From: Meiothermus sp.
GTDB lineage: Bacteria > Deinococcota > Deinococci > Deinococcales > Thermaceae
DNA length: 64,000 bases
NCBI GenBank assembly: GCA_033762915.1
Contig: JANRLD010000042.1
Coordinates: forward strand, 96,001-160,000
Direction of reading: 5' to 3'
Shown here in pieces: positions 28,783-38,295 of the stretch. The translations under genes were made by a program, and so were the position numbers. The notes beneath the pieces are model-generated. The model worked only from the letters and a program-made list of their open reading frames with translations, made no database searches and had not been told where the DNA came from. Position 1 is the stretch's first letter, and each line of letters opens with the position of its first letter.

Positions 28783-29597
28783 TGTACGTGAGCGACGGGC
28801 GTAAGCTGATTGCCCATGCCTTCCGGCACGGCTACGCGCTGCCCGCGTTCAATTTTTGCAGCCTCGAGATGGCCAAGGGCTGCGTCGAGGCCGCAGAGGA
28901 ATTGGGCGCGCCCGTCATCCTGCAAACCTACCAGAGCGACCTCTCCTTTGCCTCGCCGCGGGTGATGGTGGGCATGGTGCGGGCACTGGCCGAGGACGCC
29001 AGCGTGCCCGTTATGCTCCACCTCGACCACGGCAAGGGTCTGGAGACGGCGGTGGAGTGCCTGCGGGCGGGCTACTCGTCGGTGATGTTTGACGGGGGGT
29101 CGTTGGCTTTCGAGGAAGTGCTGCAGACCACTCGAGCCGTTAGCGCCATCGCCCATGCGGCCGGGGCTTCGCTGGAGGTCTCGGCAGAAAGCTTCAACAA
29201 GGGCGAATCCGAAACCACCAACCCCGAGGAAGCCCTGCGCCTTAAGGAGGCCGGGGCCGATATGGTGGCCTGCTCGGTAGGCTCGGAACACGCGCAGGAA
29301 AGCCGCCTCGATAGGCCGCGCCTGGCCGAAATCGCCAGAACCGTGCAAGGCCCCTTGGTGCTGCACGGCGGCAGCGGCGTTCACCCCGCCGACCTCCGGG
29401 CCGCCCCCAAGCTGGGCGTGGTCAAGGTGAATGTGGGGTCGGCTTCCTATCGGGCGCTGCTATCGGTCTGGCGTGAGCGCTCTGCCGAGCTGCCCAGCCA
29501 CCGCGCCGTCTACACCGAAGCCCGCCAGGCTGTGCGGGAGCAAGCCAAAAAATACATACAACTGCTGGGTGCCGACACCGCCCCGGCCTGGAGGTAG
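28782..29597 (+). CDS. Class II aldolase (IolJ-like, 2-deoxy-5-keto-gluconate-6-phosphate aldolase candidate)
   Basis: YALPAFN, LHLDHG, SSVMFDG, LVLHGGSG, KVNV. Confidence 0.85.
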   Translation: MYVSDGRKLIAHAFRHGYALPAFNFCSLEMAKGCVEAAEELGAPVILQTYQSDLSFASPRVMVGMVRALAEDASVPVMLHLDHGKGLETAVECLRAGYSSVMFDGGSLAFEEVLQTTRAVSAIAHAAGASLEVSAESFNKGESETTNPEEALRLKEAGADMVACSVGSEHAQESRLDRPRLAEIARTVQGPLVLHGGSGVHPADLRAAPKLGVVKVNVGSASYRALLSVWRERSAELPSHRAVYTEARQAVREQAKKYIQLLGADTAPAWR

Positions 29598-29599
29598 CC

Positions 29600-30604
29600 G
29601 TGAGCAAATCTTTCGGAGTCGTGTTGCTGGGAGCCGGACGAATGGGCATGGAGCACGCCCGCACCATGCTGGGCATTGCCGAGGCCAAGGTGTTGGCGGT
29701 GGCCGACCCCAACCTGCAAGCCGCCGAGAACGCCAAAAACCTACTGCGGGCCGAGGCCACCTACCCCGACCCCGAAGAGGCCATTAACCACCCGGGCGTT
29801 GAGGCGGTTGTGATCGTCACCCCCACCGACACCCACGCCCACTACATCGAGCGTTCGGCCCGGGCGGGCAAGGCCATCTTTTGCGAGAAGCCCGTGGCCA
29901 AAGACCTCGCCGAGACCCAGCGGGTTTTGCAGATCGTCGAGCAGAATGGCGTGCCGTTCCAGATCGGCTTTAACCGCCGCTACGACCCGCCCTACGCTGC
30001 GGCCAAAAAGAAGATTGACGCAGGGGAGATTGGCCCCGTCGAGCAGTTCATCGATGTGATGCGCGACCCCGCACCCCCGCCGGTCGAATACCTCAAAGGC
30101 TCGGGCGGTATTTTTGTGGACATGTCCATCCACGACATCGATTGCGCGCGGTTCCTGGTGGGCGAGGTGGAGGAGGTGTTGGCCTGGGGGGCGGTGCGCG
30201 TGGACCCCAAGATTGCTGAGGTGGGCGACGTGGACACTGTGAATTTGAGCCTTAAGTTTGCCAACGGGGCGCTGGGGGTGATTCAAAACTCGAGGCGCGC
30301 CGTCTACGGCTACGACATCCGTACGGAGGTCTTTGGCGCGGGCGGCAAGCTGGTGATGGACGCGACCCCCAAGACTCCCCTTTGGCAGTACGACAGCGGC
30401 ATTCGGGGCGACTACTACAGCTTCTTCATGGACAGGTTTAAGGAGGCTTACAAGCTCGAGCTCGAGGCCTTCTTCCGCTGCATTGCGGCCGGTGAAAAGC
30501 CCACCCCCGGGGTCAAGGATGCCATCGAATCCCTCCGCATCGCCTTGGCCGCCACCAAGAGTTTGAAAGAGGGGCGAATCGTGAAGGTGCAGGAGATCAG
30601 CTGA
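29600..30604 (+). CDS. iolG: Inositol 2-dehydrogenase
   Basis: GAGRMG, TPTDTH, IFCEKP, GFNRRYD, RDPAPP, SGGIFVDMSIHD, NSRRAVYGYD, FFMDRF. Confidence 0.9.
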   Translation: MSKSFGVVLLGAGRMGMEHARTMLGIAEAKVLAVADPNLQAAENAKNLLRAEATYPDPEEAINHPGVEAVVIVTPTDTHAHYIERSARAGKAIFCEKPVAKDLAETQRVLQIVEQNGVPFQIGFNRRYDPPYAAAKKKIDAGEIGPVEQFIDVMRDPAPPPVEYLKGSGGIFVDMSIHDIDCARFLVGEVEEVLAWGAVRVDPKIAEVGDVDTVNLSLKFANGALGVIQNSRRAVYGYDIRTEVFGAGGKLVMDATPKTPLWQYDSGIRGDYYSFFMDRFKEAYKLELEAFFRCIAAGEKPTPGVKDAIESLRIALAATKSLKEGRIVKVQEIS

Positions 30605-30676
30605 CGGCCCAAAGCCCGAAACCCTGGTCAGGGTCAGCTCTTGACCTTCGGCCCCAGCGCGACCGAAAGGAGCACC

Positions 30677-31507
30677 ATGAACTCACCTAATCACATCAAG
30701 CCCAAAGAGGGCCAGCTCGAGATTAGCCCGGCCTCGGTGGGGTGGCAGTACCTCTCCTTCAGTACGTCCGTGTTGAAGGCGGGTCAGGGCATCTCGGGCA
30801 ATACTGCAGGCGAGGAAGCGGCCTTGGTTCCGCTGTCGGGTGCGATGGAAGTCTCGGTTGAGGGCCGAACCATCCGGCTCGAGCGGAGGGACGTGTTCTC
30901 CGAGCTCCCGACCCTGATCTACATGCCGCCGCGCACCGCCTACACCGTTAAGGCCAGCGCCGACAGCCACCTTGCTCTGGGCAGTGCGCCCGCCGAAGGT
31001 CGCTACCCACTGCGGGTCATCACGCCCGATCAGATCAAGGTCGAGTTGCGCGGCGGGGCCAACGCCACCCGCCAAGTGAGCCACATCCTCGGCCCCGATC
31101 TGCCCGCCGAGCGGCTGCTGCTGTACGAGGTCTACACGCCCTCGGGTTTCTGGTCGGGCTGGCCGCCCCACCGCCACGACGGCTTGAAGGGCTCCTTGTA
31201 CATCGAAGAGACCTACTACTACCGCATCAACCCCTCCGACGCCGGCTGGGCCATCCACCGCAACTATAGCCCCGAACACGGACTTGATGAGCTGCTGCTG
31301 GTGCGGGACGGAGATCTGGTGCTCACCCCGGTGGGCTATCACCCGGTTTCGGCCCCCCCGGGTTCCAACGTCTACTACCTCAACTACATGGCCGGTGAAG
31401 CCCAAAACGAGCAACGCTCCATCGCCCCGGTCGACGACGCCGACTGGGCCTGGATGCGCCAGGACTGGGGCGGCAAGCCCATGAAGATTCCTTTCGGAAG
31501 AGAATGA
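30677..31507 (+). CDS. iolB: 5-deoxy-glucuronate isomerase
   Basis: GWQYL, EVYTP.G.WSG.PPHRHD, EETYYY, GYHPV, YYLNYMAG. Confidence 0.93.
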   Translation: MNSPNHIKPKEGQLEISPASVGWQYLSFSTSVLKAGQGISGNTAGEEAALVPLSGAMEVSVEGRTIRLERRDVFSELPTLIYMPPRTAYTVKASADSHLALGSAPAEGRYPLRVITPDQIKVELRGGANATRQVSHILGPDLPAERLLLYEVYTPSGFWSGWPPHRHDGLKGSLYIEETYYYRINPSDAGWAIHRNYSPEHGLDELLLVRDGDLVLTPVGYHPVSAPPGSNVYYLNYMAGEAQNEQRSIAPVDDADWAWMRQDWGGKPMKIPFGRE

Positions 31508-32295
31508 AGACCGAAACCCGCCGCAGCGAGATAATTCGCCTGCTCGAGCAAAAGGGCTCGGTGCAGGTGGACGATTTGGTGGCGCAATTCGAGGTCAGCC
31601 ATGTCACCATCCGCAAAGACCTGACCGAACTCGAGGGGCGCGGCCTGTTGCGCCGCACCCACGGCGGGGCCACCTATGCGCATAAGAGCCTGTTTAACCC
31701 CTCATTCGGGGAGAAAGTTAATCTGCAGCAGGCCGAGAAGCGGGCCATTGCTGAGGCCGCCCTCAAGCACATCGAAGAGGGCGATACGCTGATTCTGGGT
31801 GCGGGCAGTACGGTCTTGACCCTGGCTCGCTTAATGAAAAACCAATTTCGCTCCTTGTACATCATCACCAACTCGGTGCCCATCGCGGTCGAGCTGGTAG
31901 ATACCCGCTGGGACATCTTGCTCACCGGAGGTCAGGTGCGCCAACACAGCATGGCCCTGATTGGGCCGGCGGCAGCGCGCAACCTCGAGTCTTACTACGC
32001 GGATAAGGCCTTCATAGGCTCCACGGGCGTCTCGCTGGAGCGGGGCTATACCACCCCCAATCCTTATATGTCCGAGATCGTTCGGGTCATCATCAAGGCC
32101 GCAGACACCGTTTACGCCTTGGTGGATAGCAGCAAGCTGGGCCACACCACCCTGGCCAGCTTCGCTACGCTGCAAGAGGTCGATCTGTTGATCACCGACC
32201 AGGCAGCCCCCCAAGAGTTTGTGCAGGCCCTCGAGCGACAAAGGCTGGCGTATCACTTGGCTCCCTTCCTGGCAAAAACGGATCAGGCGGGGTAG
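31504..32295 (+). CDS. DeoR family regulator (IolR candidate)
   Basis: VSHVTIRKDLTELE..GLLRRTHGGA HTH; LGAGST, ITNS, DSSK. Confidence 0.92.
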   Translation: MKTETRRSEIIRLLEQKGSVQVDDLVAQFEVSHVTIRKDLTELEGRGLLRRTHGGATYAHKSLFNPSFGEKVNLQQAEKRAIAEAALKHIEEGDTLILGAGSTVLTLARLMKNQFRSLYIITNSVPIAVELVDTRWDILLTGGQVRQHSMALIGPAAARNLESYYADKAFIGSTGVSLERGYTTPNPYMSEIVRVIIKAADTVYALVDSSKLGHTTLASFATLQEVDLLITDQAAPQEFVQALERQRLAYHLAPFLAKTDQAG

Positions 32296-32315
32296 GGGGA
32301 CTGCGGCCGGGCCGC

Positions 32316-32377
32316 TTGACAAAATTTTTAGGCCCCCCTAAACTCAAACAATACTGAGTTTAGGGGAGCCTAAAATT
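32316..32377 (+). promoter_or_regulatory. Promoter TTGACA-17-TAAACT with two MntR/SirR-type boxes TTAGG-N4-CCTAA
   Basis: TTGACA at 32316-32321, TAAACT at 32339-32344; boxes at 32328-32341 and 32360-32373. Confidence 0.85.
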
Positions 32378-33142
32378 ATGCCCGAGTCCACCGTCTCCAA
32401 GACCCCCCTCTCCGAGGCCCAGGAGGATTACCTTAAGCAAATCCTGCTGCTGGGGAGCGGGGCCGAGGGCGCGGGCACGCTGGCCGACACCCTGGCGGTC
32501 ACCACCCAGAACCTCGCCGACGAGATTCAGGTCAAGCCGGCCTCGGTGACGGGGATGCTCAAAAAGCTCTCTGAGCTGGGCCTGGTGGAGTACGAGGCGT
32601 ACCGGGGGGTGCGGCTGACCGAGGCCGGCTACAAGGTGGCCCTCGAGGTGCTGCGGCACCACCGGCTGCTGGAGGCGTACTTGCACCAGGCCCTCGGCTA
32701 CGGCTGGGAAGAGGTGCACGCCGAGGCCGAGCGCCTCGAGCACCACATCTCCGAGGCCTTCGAGCAGCGCATCGCCGAGTGGCTGGGCCACCCCACCCAC
32801 GACCCCCACGGCGACGCCATCCCCAGCGCGGCCCTCGAGCTTCCCCAGAGCGCCCCGCAGCGGCGGCTGGTGGCCCTCGAGGCGGGTGAGTACGGCCTGG
32901 TGGCGCGGGTCGCGACGCAGGATCAGGACTCGCTCAACTTGTTTGCCCACCTGGGCTTAAAGCCGGGGGCCAGGGTTGAGGTGCTCGAGCATGCCCCGGA
33001 CGGCACTCGAGTCCGCGTCGGCACCGAGCGCTACCTGCTGCCCGCCAGCCTAGCGCAGGTGCTGTGGGTGAGTCTGATGGGGGACAGCTACGTGGGCGAT
33101 TTCGGAGACGCTGAAGGCCGGAACCCGAAGGCCAAGGGCTGA
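32378..33142 (+). CDS. mntR: DtxR/MntR metal-dependent repressor with a C-terminal FeoA-like domain
   Basis: EDYLK, SVTGMLKKL, RHHRLLE, EAERLEH, PTHDPHG..IP. Confidence 0.93.
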   Translation: MPESTVSKTPLSEAQEDYLKQILLLGSGAEGAGTLADTLAVTTQNLADEIQVKPASVTGMLKKLSELGLVEYEAYRGVRLTEAGYKVALEVLRHHRLLEAYLHQALGYGWEEVHAEAERLEHHISEAFEQRIAEWLGHPTHDPHGDAIPSAALELPQSAPQRRLVALEAGEYGLVARVATQDQDSLNLFAHLGLKPGARVEVLEHAPDGTRVRVGTERYLLPASLAQVLWVSLMGDSYVGDFGDAEGRNPKAKG

Positions 33143-33173
33143 AGGCAAGACATCAAGTACCAGGGAGGAAACC

Positions 33174-34115
33174 ATGCACAAACTATTCATACTCGCCGCC
33201 GCCGCCCTTATGGGCGCGGCCTGGGCGACCGAGGAGAAGATCAGCGGCCTGAAGCCCCGCGGCGCCAGCGGGCCGGTGCAGGTGGTCACCACCACCAACT
33301 TCATCACCGACCTGGTGCAGCAGGTGGGGGGGGATAAGGTGAGGGTGGAGGGCTTGATGGGGCCAGGCGTAGACCCCCACCTGTACAAGGCCTCGGCGGG
33401 GGACGTGCGGAAGCTCTCGAGGGCCGAGTTGGTCTTCTACGGCGGGCTCGACCTCGAGGGCAAGATGGTAGAGATCCTGGGCCGAAATCCCAGGGCCGTC
33501 GCGGTGACCTTCCGCATCCCGCGGGAGCGGCTGCTCCAGCCCTCGGCCTCGATGCCCGGCACCATGCAGGTAGACCCCCACGTGTGGTTCGACGTGCAGC
33601 TGTGGCGCCTGACCGTGCCGGTAGTGCGCGACGCCCTGAGCGGGGTCGACCCCGCCAACGCCAGCTTCTACGCCGGCCGCGCCCAGGCGTACAGCCGCCG
33701 CCTCGAGCAACTCGACGCCTTCGTGAGGCAGCAGGCTGCTCGAGTCCCCCAGGCCCAGCGGGTACTCATCACCGCGCACGACGCCTTCAACTACTTCGGG
33801 CGGGCCTACGGCTTCGAGGTGCGCGGGGTGCAGGGTATCTCCACCGTGGCCGAGGCGGGCGCGAAGGATATCAGCGACCTGGCGGCCTTCATCGCTGGGC
33901 GCCGCATCCGCGCCGTCTTCATCGAGACTTCTGTCCCCCAGCGCACCATAGACGCGGTGGTGCAGGCGGTGCGCTCGAGGGGCTTCCAGACCAGGGTCGG
34001 TGGCTCCCTCTTCTCCGACGCGGCTGGCACCCCTGGCACCCCCGAGGGGACGTATGTGGGCATGGTGGAGAGCAACATTCGGGTGATCGTGGGCGGGCTG
34101 TTGGGGGGCGGGTAA
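33174..34115 (+). CDS. Mn/Zn ABC substrate-binding protein (TroA/MntA)
   Basis: GVDPHLY, DPHVW, TAHDAFNYF, ETS, LFSDA. Confidence 0.95.
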   Translation: MHKLFILAAAALMGAAWATEEKISGLKPRGASGPVQVVTTTNFITDLVQQVGGDKVRVEGLMGPGVDPHLYKASAGDVRKLSRAELVFYGGLDLEGKMVEILGRNPRAVAVTFRIPRERLLQPSASMPGTMQVDPHVWFDVQLWRLTVPVVRDALSGVDPANASFYAGRAQAYSRRLEQLDAFVRQQAARVPQAQRVLITAHDAFNYFGRAYGFEVRGVQGISTVAEAGAKDISDLAAFIAGRRIRAVFIETSVPQRTIDAVVQAVRSRGFQTRVGGSLFSDAAGTPGTPEGTYVGMVESNIRVIVGGLLGGG

Positions 34116-34319
34116 GGGCGTGTCGGGAGATGTCCCTTGAAGACTGAAGTGAGGGCGGGCAGAGTGCAAAGACCGAAGCGTACCTCACCAAAACACCCTC
34201 ATTCCGCAGTCGCCGGGCTGTGCCTCGAGGCCCGCCAAATCACCCAACCCGAGCAATCCCGCGCGCCCAGCCGCCCATTCGCCGCAAACAACTGACCCCT
34301 TATCCAACCGGGAAACCTT

Positions 34320-35087
34320 ATGATTAAGACCACCACCCTACCCCACCGGCCACCGGCCACCGGCCCCACGCCGCTCGAGGTGCGCGACCTCACCGTGGCC
34401 TACCGCGAGAAGCCCGTTCTCTGGGACGTGGACGTGGAGATGCCCGCCGGGCAGCTCTGCGCCGTCGTGGGGCCGAACGGGGCGGGGAAGAGCACCCTGA
34501 TCAAGGCGGTGCTGGGGCTGGTGCCCAAGGCCTCGGGGCGGGTCAGGTTTTTCGGGGAAGACTTGGCCAAGGCTCGAAGTCGCATCGGCTACGTGCCGCA
34601 GCGCGGCACGGTAGACTGGGACTTTCCCACTAGCGCCCTCGATGTGGTGATGATGGGGCTGTACGGTCGCCTGGGCTGGTTCAACCGGCCCGGCAAGGCC
34701 GAGCGGGAAATCGCGCTGAGGTGCCTCGAGCAGGTCGCCATGAGCGATTTCGCCGGGCGGCAGATTTCCCAGCTTTCGGGCGGGCAGCAGCAGCGGGTCT
34801 TCCTGGCCCGTGCGCTGGCCCAGAGCTCCGATCTCTACTTCATGGACGAGCCCTTCGCGGGCGTGGACGCCGTGACCGAGGAGGCCATTCTGCGGGTGCT
34901 GCACGAACTGAAGAGCGGCGGCAAGACGGTAGTGGTGGTGCACCACGACCTCGAGACAGTGCGCGACTACTTCGACCACTTAACTTTGCTCAACGTGCAG
35001 GTCATCGCCAGTGGCCCGATGGGCGAGGTTTTTACCCCGGAGAACCTGAAACTGGCCTACGGGGATCGCATGATACTCAGGCAGTAA
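34320..35087 (+). CDS. Metal ABC transporter ATPase (TroB/MntB)
   Basis: [35 protein letters not shown]. Confidence 0.96.
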   Translation: MIKTTTLPHRPPATGPTPLEVRDLTVAYREKPVLWDVDVEMPAGQLCAVVGPNGAGKSTLIKAVLGLVPKASGRVRFFGEDLAKARSRIGYVPQRGTVDWDFPTSALDVVMMGLYGRLGWFNRPGKAEREIALRCLEQVAMSDFAGRQISQLSGGQQQRVFLARALAQSSDLYFMDEPFAGVDAVTEEAILRVLHELKSGGKTVVVVHHDLETVRDYFDHLTLLNVQVIASGPMGEVFTPENLKLAYGDRMILRQ

Positions 35088-35099
35088 GGGAGGTCACCT

Positions 35100-35399
35100 A
35101 TGTGGATGGATATCGCCGTTTTTGCCAGCATCTTTGCGGTGGGGGGTGTCGTGTTCTCGCAATTTGAGGAGGGCACACCCAAGTGGCGTAGGCTCGCCAA
35201 GTTTGCCCTGACGATGTCCCTGGTGGCGTTGGTCGGCCAGACCCTCGGCAGGGTATGGGTCTACGCCGGGCTGGGCCTACTGGCGCTGGCGGTCTTGTAC
35301 ATCCACGCTGTCTGGCTCCCCGGCAAGGGCATCAACGGCTGGACGGCGGAGCCGAGGGAACGTTACTACGCCCTGCGCGGCTGGGATTGGAAAAAGTGA
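35100..35399 (+). CDS. Small membrane protein, hypothetical
   Basis: SD GGGAGG; about 3 TM segments; HAVWL...GINGWTAEPRERYY.LRGW tail. Confidence 0.75.
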   Translation: MWMDIAVFASIFAVGGVVFSQFEEGTPKWRRLAKFALTMSLVALVGQTLGRVWVYAGLGLLALAVLYIHAVWLPGKGINGWTAEPRERYYALRGWDWKK

Positions 35400-35405
35400 T
35401 CTGAG

Positions 35406-35885
35406 ATGAAGCTGCGCCTTTCGACGGTACTGCTCTGCCCGGTGGACGAAGCCTTCGGGTGGGTCAAGTCTCCCGCGCTGCTCCGCCACATCGCCCGTCC
35501 GCTGGTGGTCTTTACGCCCCTCGAGCCGGCCCAATTCCCCGAGGTCTGGGAGCCGGGCGACTACCGCGTGGGGATGAAGCTTCTGAACCTGATCCCCTTG
35601 GGCGAGCAGACCATCGGGCTGCGCCTCGAGCCCGAGTGGCAGGCCCCCGGCCAGCGCTACGAGGTCCTCGACGACGGCCACAGCCGCCTGATCCCCCGCT
35701 GGCGCCACCGGATTCGCCTCGAGGCCCTCCCCGACGGCTCCACCCGCTACACCGATGAACTCGAGCTGGAGGCGGGACTTCTTACCAAACTGGTTTGGCT
35801 CTTCGCCTATGCCTTCTACGCCTACCGCCAATACCGCTGGAGGCAGCTCGTTCACGAGCGCTTCAGACCCCTGCAGACCGCATAG
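35406..35885 (+). CDS. SRPBCC-like hypothetical protein
   Basis: D.GH...I.RWRHRI, TRYTD...AGLLT...AFY.YRQ.RW pattern. Confidence 0.65.
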   Translation: MKLRLSTVLLCPVDEAFGWVKSPALLRHIARPLVVFTPLEPAQFPEVWEPGDYRVGMKLLNLIPLGEQTIGLRLEPEWQAPGQRYEVLDDGHSRLIPRWRHRIRLEALPDGSTRYTDELELEAGLLTKLVWLFAYAFYAYRQYRWRQLVHERFRPLQTA

Positions 35886-35959
35886 ACCGTCGGCTAGATG
35901 CCCGCCGCCCGCCCTGCAGTTCCCCGGTTTCCCGCTACCGGCTACGTGCCACCCACCTT

Positions 35960-37093
35960 ATGCCCGATCTTTTATCCCAAATCTTCACCGACTACACCCT
36001 CCGCAACGTCGCCCTCGGCTCGGCCATGCTGGGCATTATTGGCGGGGTGCTGGGTGCGTTTGCCATGCTGCGACGGCAGAGCCTGCTGGGGGATGTGCTG
36101 GCGCATGCGGCGCTGCCGGGAATCTGTCTGGCCTTCTTGTTGACGGGCTCCAAGGTGCCGCTGGTTCTCCTGATCGGCGGCGGGCTGGCGGGGTGGCTGG
36201 CCTCGCTGCTGGTGCTGGCGGTGCTGCGGGTCTCGAGGCTCCCCGAGGACTCCGCGCTGGGGGTGATGCTCTCGAGTTTTTTCGGATTCGGCATCGCCCT
36301 GCTGACCTTTATCCAGGGCTCCGACAACGCCAACCAGGCGGGGCTAGACCGGTTCATTTTCGGACAGGCCGCCACTATCGTGGCTTCGGACGTGCTGACC
36401 TTCGCGGTACTGGGCGGCACGGCACTGGCGACCGTAGTGCTGTTTTATAAGGAGTTTAAGCTGCTCTCCTTCGACCCCGGCTACGCGGCCAGCCTGGGGC
36501 TGCCGGTGCCCCGGCTGGGCGTGTTGCTCACCTCGCTGACGGTGCTGGCGGTGATGGTGGGCCTGCAGACGGTGGGCGTGGTGCTGATGGCCGCGATGCT
36601 GATCGCCCCGGCGGCTGCGGCGCGGCAATGGACGGACAAGCTCGACCGCATGATCTGGCTCTCGGCGCTGTTCGGCGCGCTGGCGGGGGTGAGCGGCGCG
36701 GTGATCTCGGCGATCCGCGAGAACCTCCCCACCGGCCCCCTGGTGATCCTCTCAGTGAGCGCGATCCTGGTTTTTTCGCTGTTCTTCGCCCCGCTGCGCG
36801 GCCTGTTCTGGGACGGGCTGCGGGCGGCCCAGAACCGCCGCCGCATCCGCCTCGAGCGCCTCCTGCTGGACGCCCACGTCCTCCACACCCACAACGAGCT
36901 GACCCCCGAGAACCTGGCCGCCCGGCGCCGCGAGCCGCTGGCCCAGGCGAGGGGGCACCTCGAGCAACTCCAAGCCCAGGGTTGGGTGGAGGCGCAGCCG
37001 GGCGGCTTCGTGCTGACCAGCCTGGGGGATGCCGACGCCCACCGCCTCGAGCAGGCCATGCGCGTGCTGCCTAAGGGGCTGGTGAAAGAATGA
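35960..37093 (+). CDS. Metal ABC permease (TroC/MntC) with a C-terminal wHTH-like extension
   Basis: SLLGDVLAHAALPG, FGQAA, KEFKLLSFD, VG.VLMAAMLIAPAAAA, PTGP. Confidence 0.93.
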   Translation: MPDLLSQIFTDYTLRNVALGSAMLGIIGGVLGAFAMLRRQSLLGDVLAHAALPGICLAFLLTGSKVPLVLLIGGGLAGWLASLLVLAVLRVSRLPEDSALGVMLSSFFGFGIALLTFIQGSDNANQAGLDRFIFGQAATIVASDVLTFAVLGGTALATVVLFYKEFKLLSFDPGYAASLGLPVPRLGVLLTSLTVLAVMVGLQTVGVVLMAAMLIAPAAAARQWTDKLDRMIWLSALFGALAGVSGAVISAIRENLPTGPLVILSVSAILVFSLFFAPLRGLFWDGLRAAQNRRRIRLERLLLDAHVLHTHNELTPENLAARRREPLAQARGHLEQLQAQGWVEAQPGGFVLTSLGDADAHRLEQAMRVLPKGLVKE

Positions 37094-37158
37094 GCCATGA
37101 GCCATGAGCCAGGCCCGCTTGCCCGCCTACCCGCTAGTCATCCCTATCGCCACCCCCT

Positions 37159-38205
37159 ATGAACCCTGACCTCGTTATCGTCCTCACCGCCGTCTTCGTC
37201 TCCACCGCCTCGGCGCTGGTGGGCACCTTTCTGGTGCTGCGCCGCATGGCCCTGATGGCCGACGCCATCTCGCACGCGGTGCTGCCGGGCATCGTGCTGG
37301 CCTTCTGGCTGTCCGGGGGCGAGCGGGCCACCCTGCCTGCGCTGCTCGGCGCGGCAGCGGCCGGCCTGCTCACGGTGACGCTGGTGGAGTGGCTGACCCA
37401 AACCGGCAAGGTCAAGAACGACGCAGCCATCGGGATCGTTTTCCCCGCGCTGTTCAGCCTCGGGGTGCTGGCGGTCTCGCTCTACTTTCGCAATGTCCAC
37501 CTCGACCTCGATGCGGTGCTCTACGGCGAGATCGCCTACGCGCCCTTCAACACGCTCACCCTGGGCGGCCTCGAGGTGCCCGAATCCCTGCTCATCATGG
37601 GCGGGCTGACCGTCATAAACCTGCTGTTCATCCTGCTGTTTTACAAAGAGCTCAAGCTATCCACCTTCGACGCCGGGCTGGCCGCCGCCCTCGGCTTCGC
37701 GCCGGGCCTGCTGCACTACGGCCTGATGACCCTGGTCTCCTTCACCTCGGTGGGGGCGTTTCAGTCGGTGGGCGCGATTCTAATCGTGGCCTTTCTGGTG
37801 ATTCCCGCCGCCACCGCATACCTCCTGACCCAGCGCCTGCCGGTGATGCTGCTGCTGGCGGTGGGGGTGGGGGTGGCCTCGAGCATCGGGGGCTATGTGC
37901 TGGCGATCTGGCTGGACGCCTCTATCGCGGGCATGATGGCCACTGTCGCGGGCCTCCTCTTCGCGCTGGCCTTCCTCTTCTCGCCGGTGGATGGCTTCGT
38001 GACCCGGCAGACCCGCCAAAGGCGACAGCGCCTCGAGTTCGCTGCCCGCCTGCTGGCCGCCCACCTCTCCCACCACGACCGCCCGGTACCCGAGGCCGAA
38101 ATCCTGACCGAGTTCGGCTGGAGCGCGGGGTTTCTGGCTCGAGTCCGCCGCCTTGCGCTGGCCCAGGGGATCGTACGCGAGGAGGGGCAGGGGCTCAGGG
38201 TGTGA
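37159..38205 (+). CDS. Metal ABC permease (TroD/MntD)
   Basis: DAISHAVLPG, HLDLDAVLYGEI, KELKLSTFD, VGAILIVA. Confidence 0.93.
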   Translation: MNPDLVIVLTAVFVSTASALVGTFLVLRRMALMADAISHAVLPGIVLAFWLSGGERATLPALLGAAAAGLLTVTLVEWLTQTGKVKNDAAIGIVFPALFSLGVLAVSLYFRNVHLDLDAVLYGEIAYAPFNTLTLGGLEVPESLLIMGGLTVINLLFILLFYKELKLSTFDAGLAAALGFAPGLLHYGLMTLVSFTSVGAFQSVGAILIVAFLVIPAATAYLLTQRLPVMLLLAVGVGVASSIGGYVLAIWLDASIAGMMATVAGLLFALAFLFSPVDGFVTRQTRQRRQRLEFAARLLAAHLSHHDRPVPEAEILTEFGWSAGFLARVRRLALAQGIVREEGQGLRV

Positions 38206-38295
38206 GGAGGGGGAAGAGGGAAGCCAAAGAGCTAAGCCGGGCGCAACCCCGGCGGCCAGCGCCCTGTTCTTATCGTGGGAACCGCTCTCAAACTT

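Noticed and set aside
34116..34319. Mn riboswitch (yybP-ykoY) or sRNA between troA and troB
   Set aside because: No yybP consensus is visible; it looks like degenerate repeat spacer.
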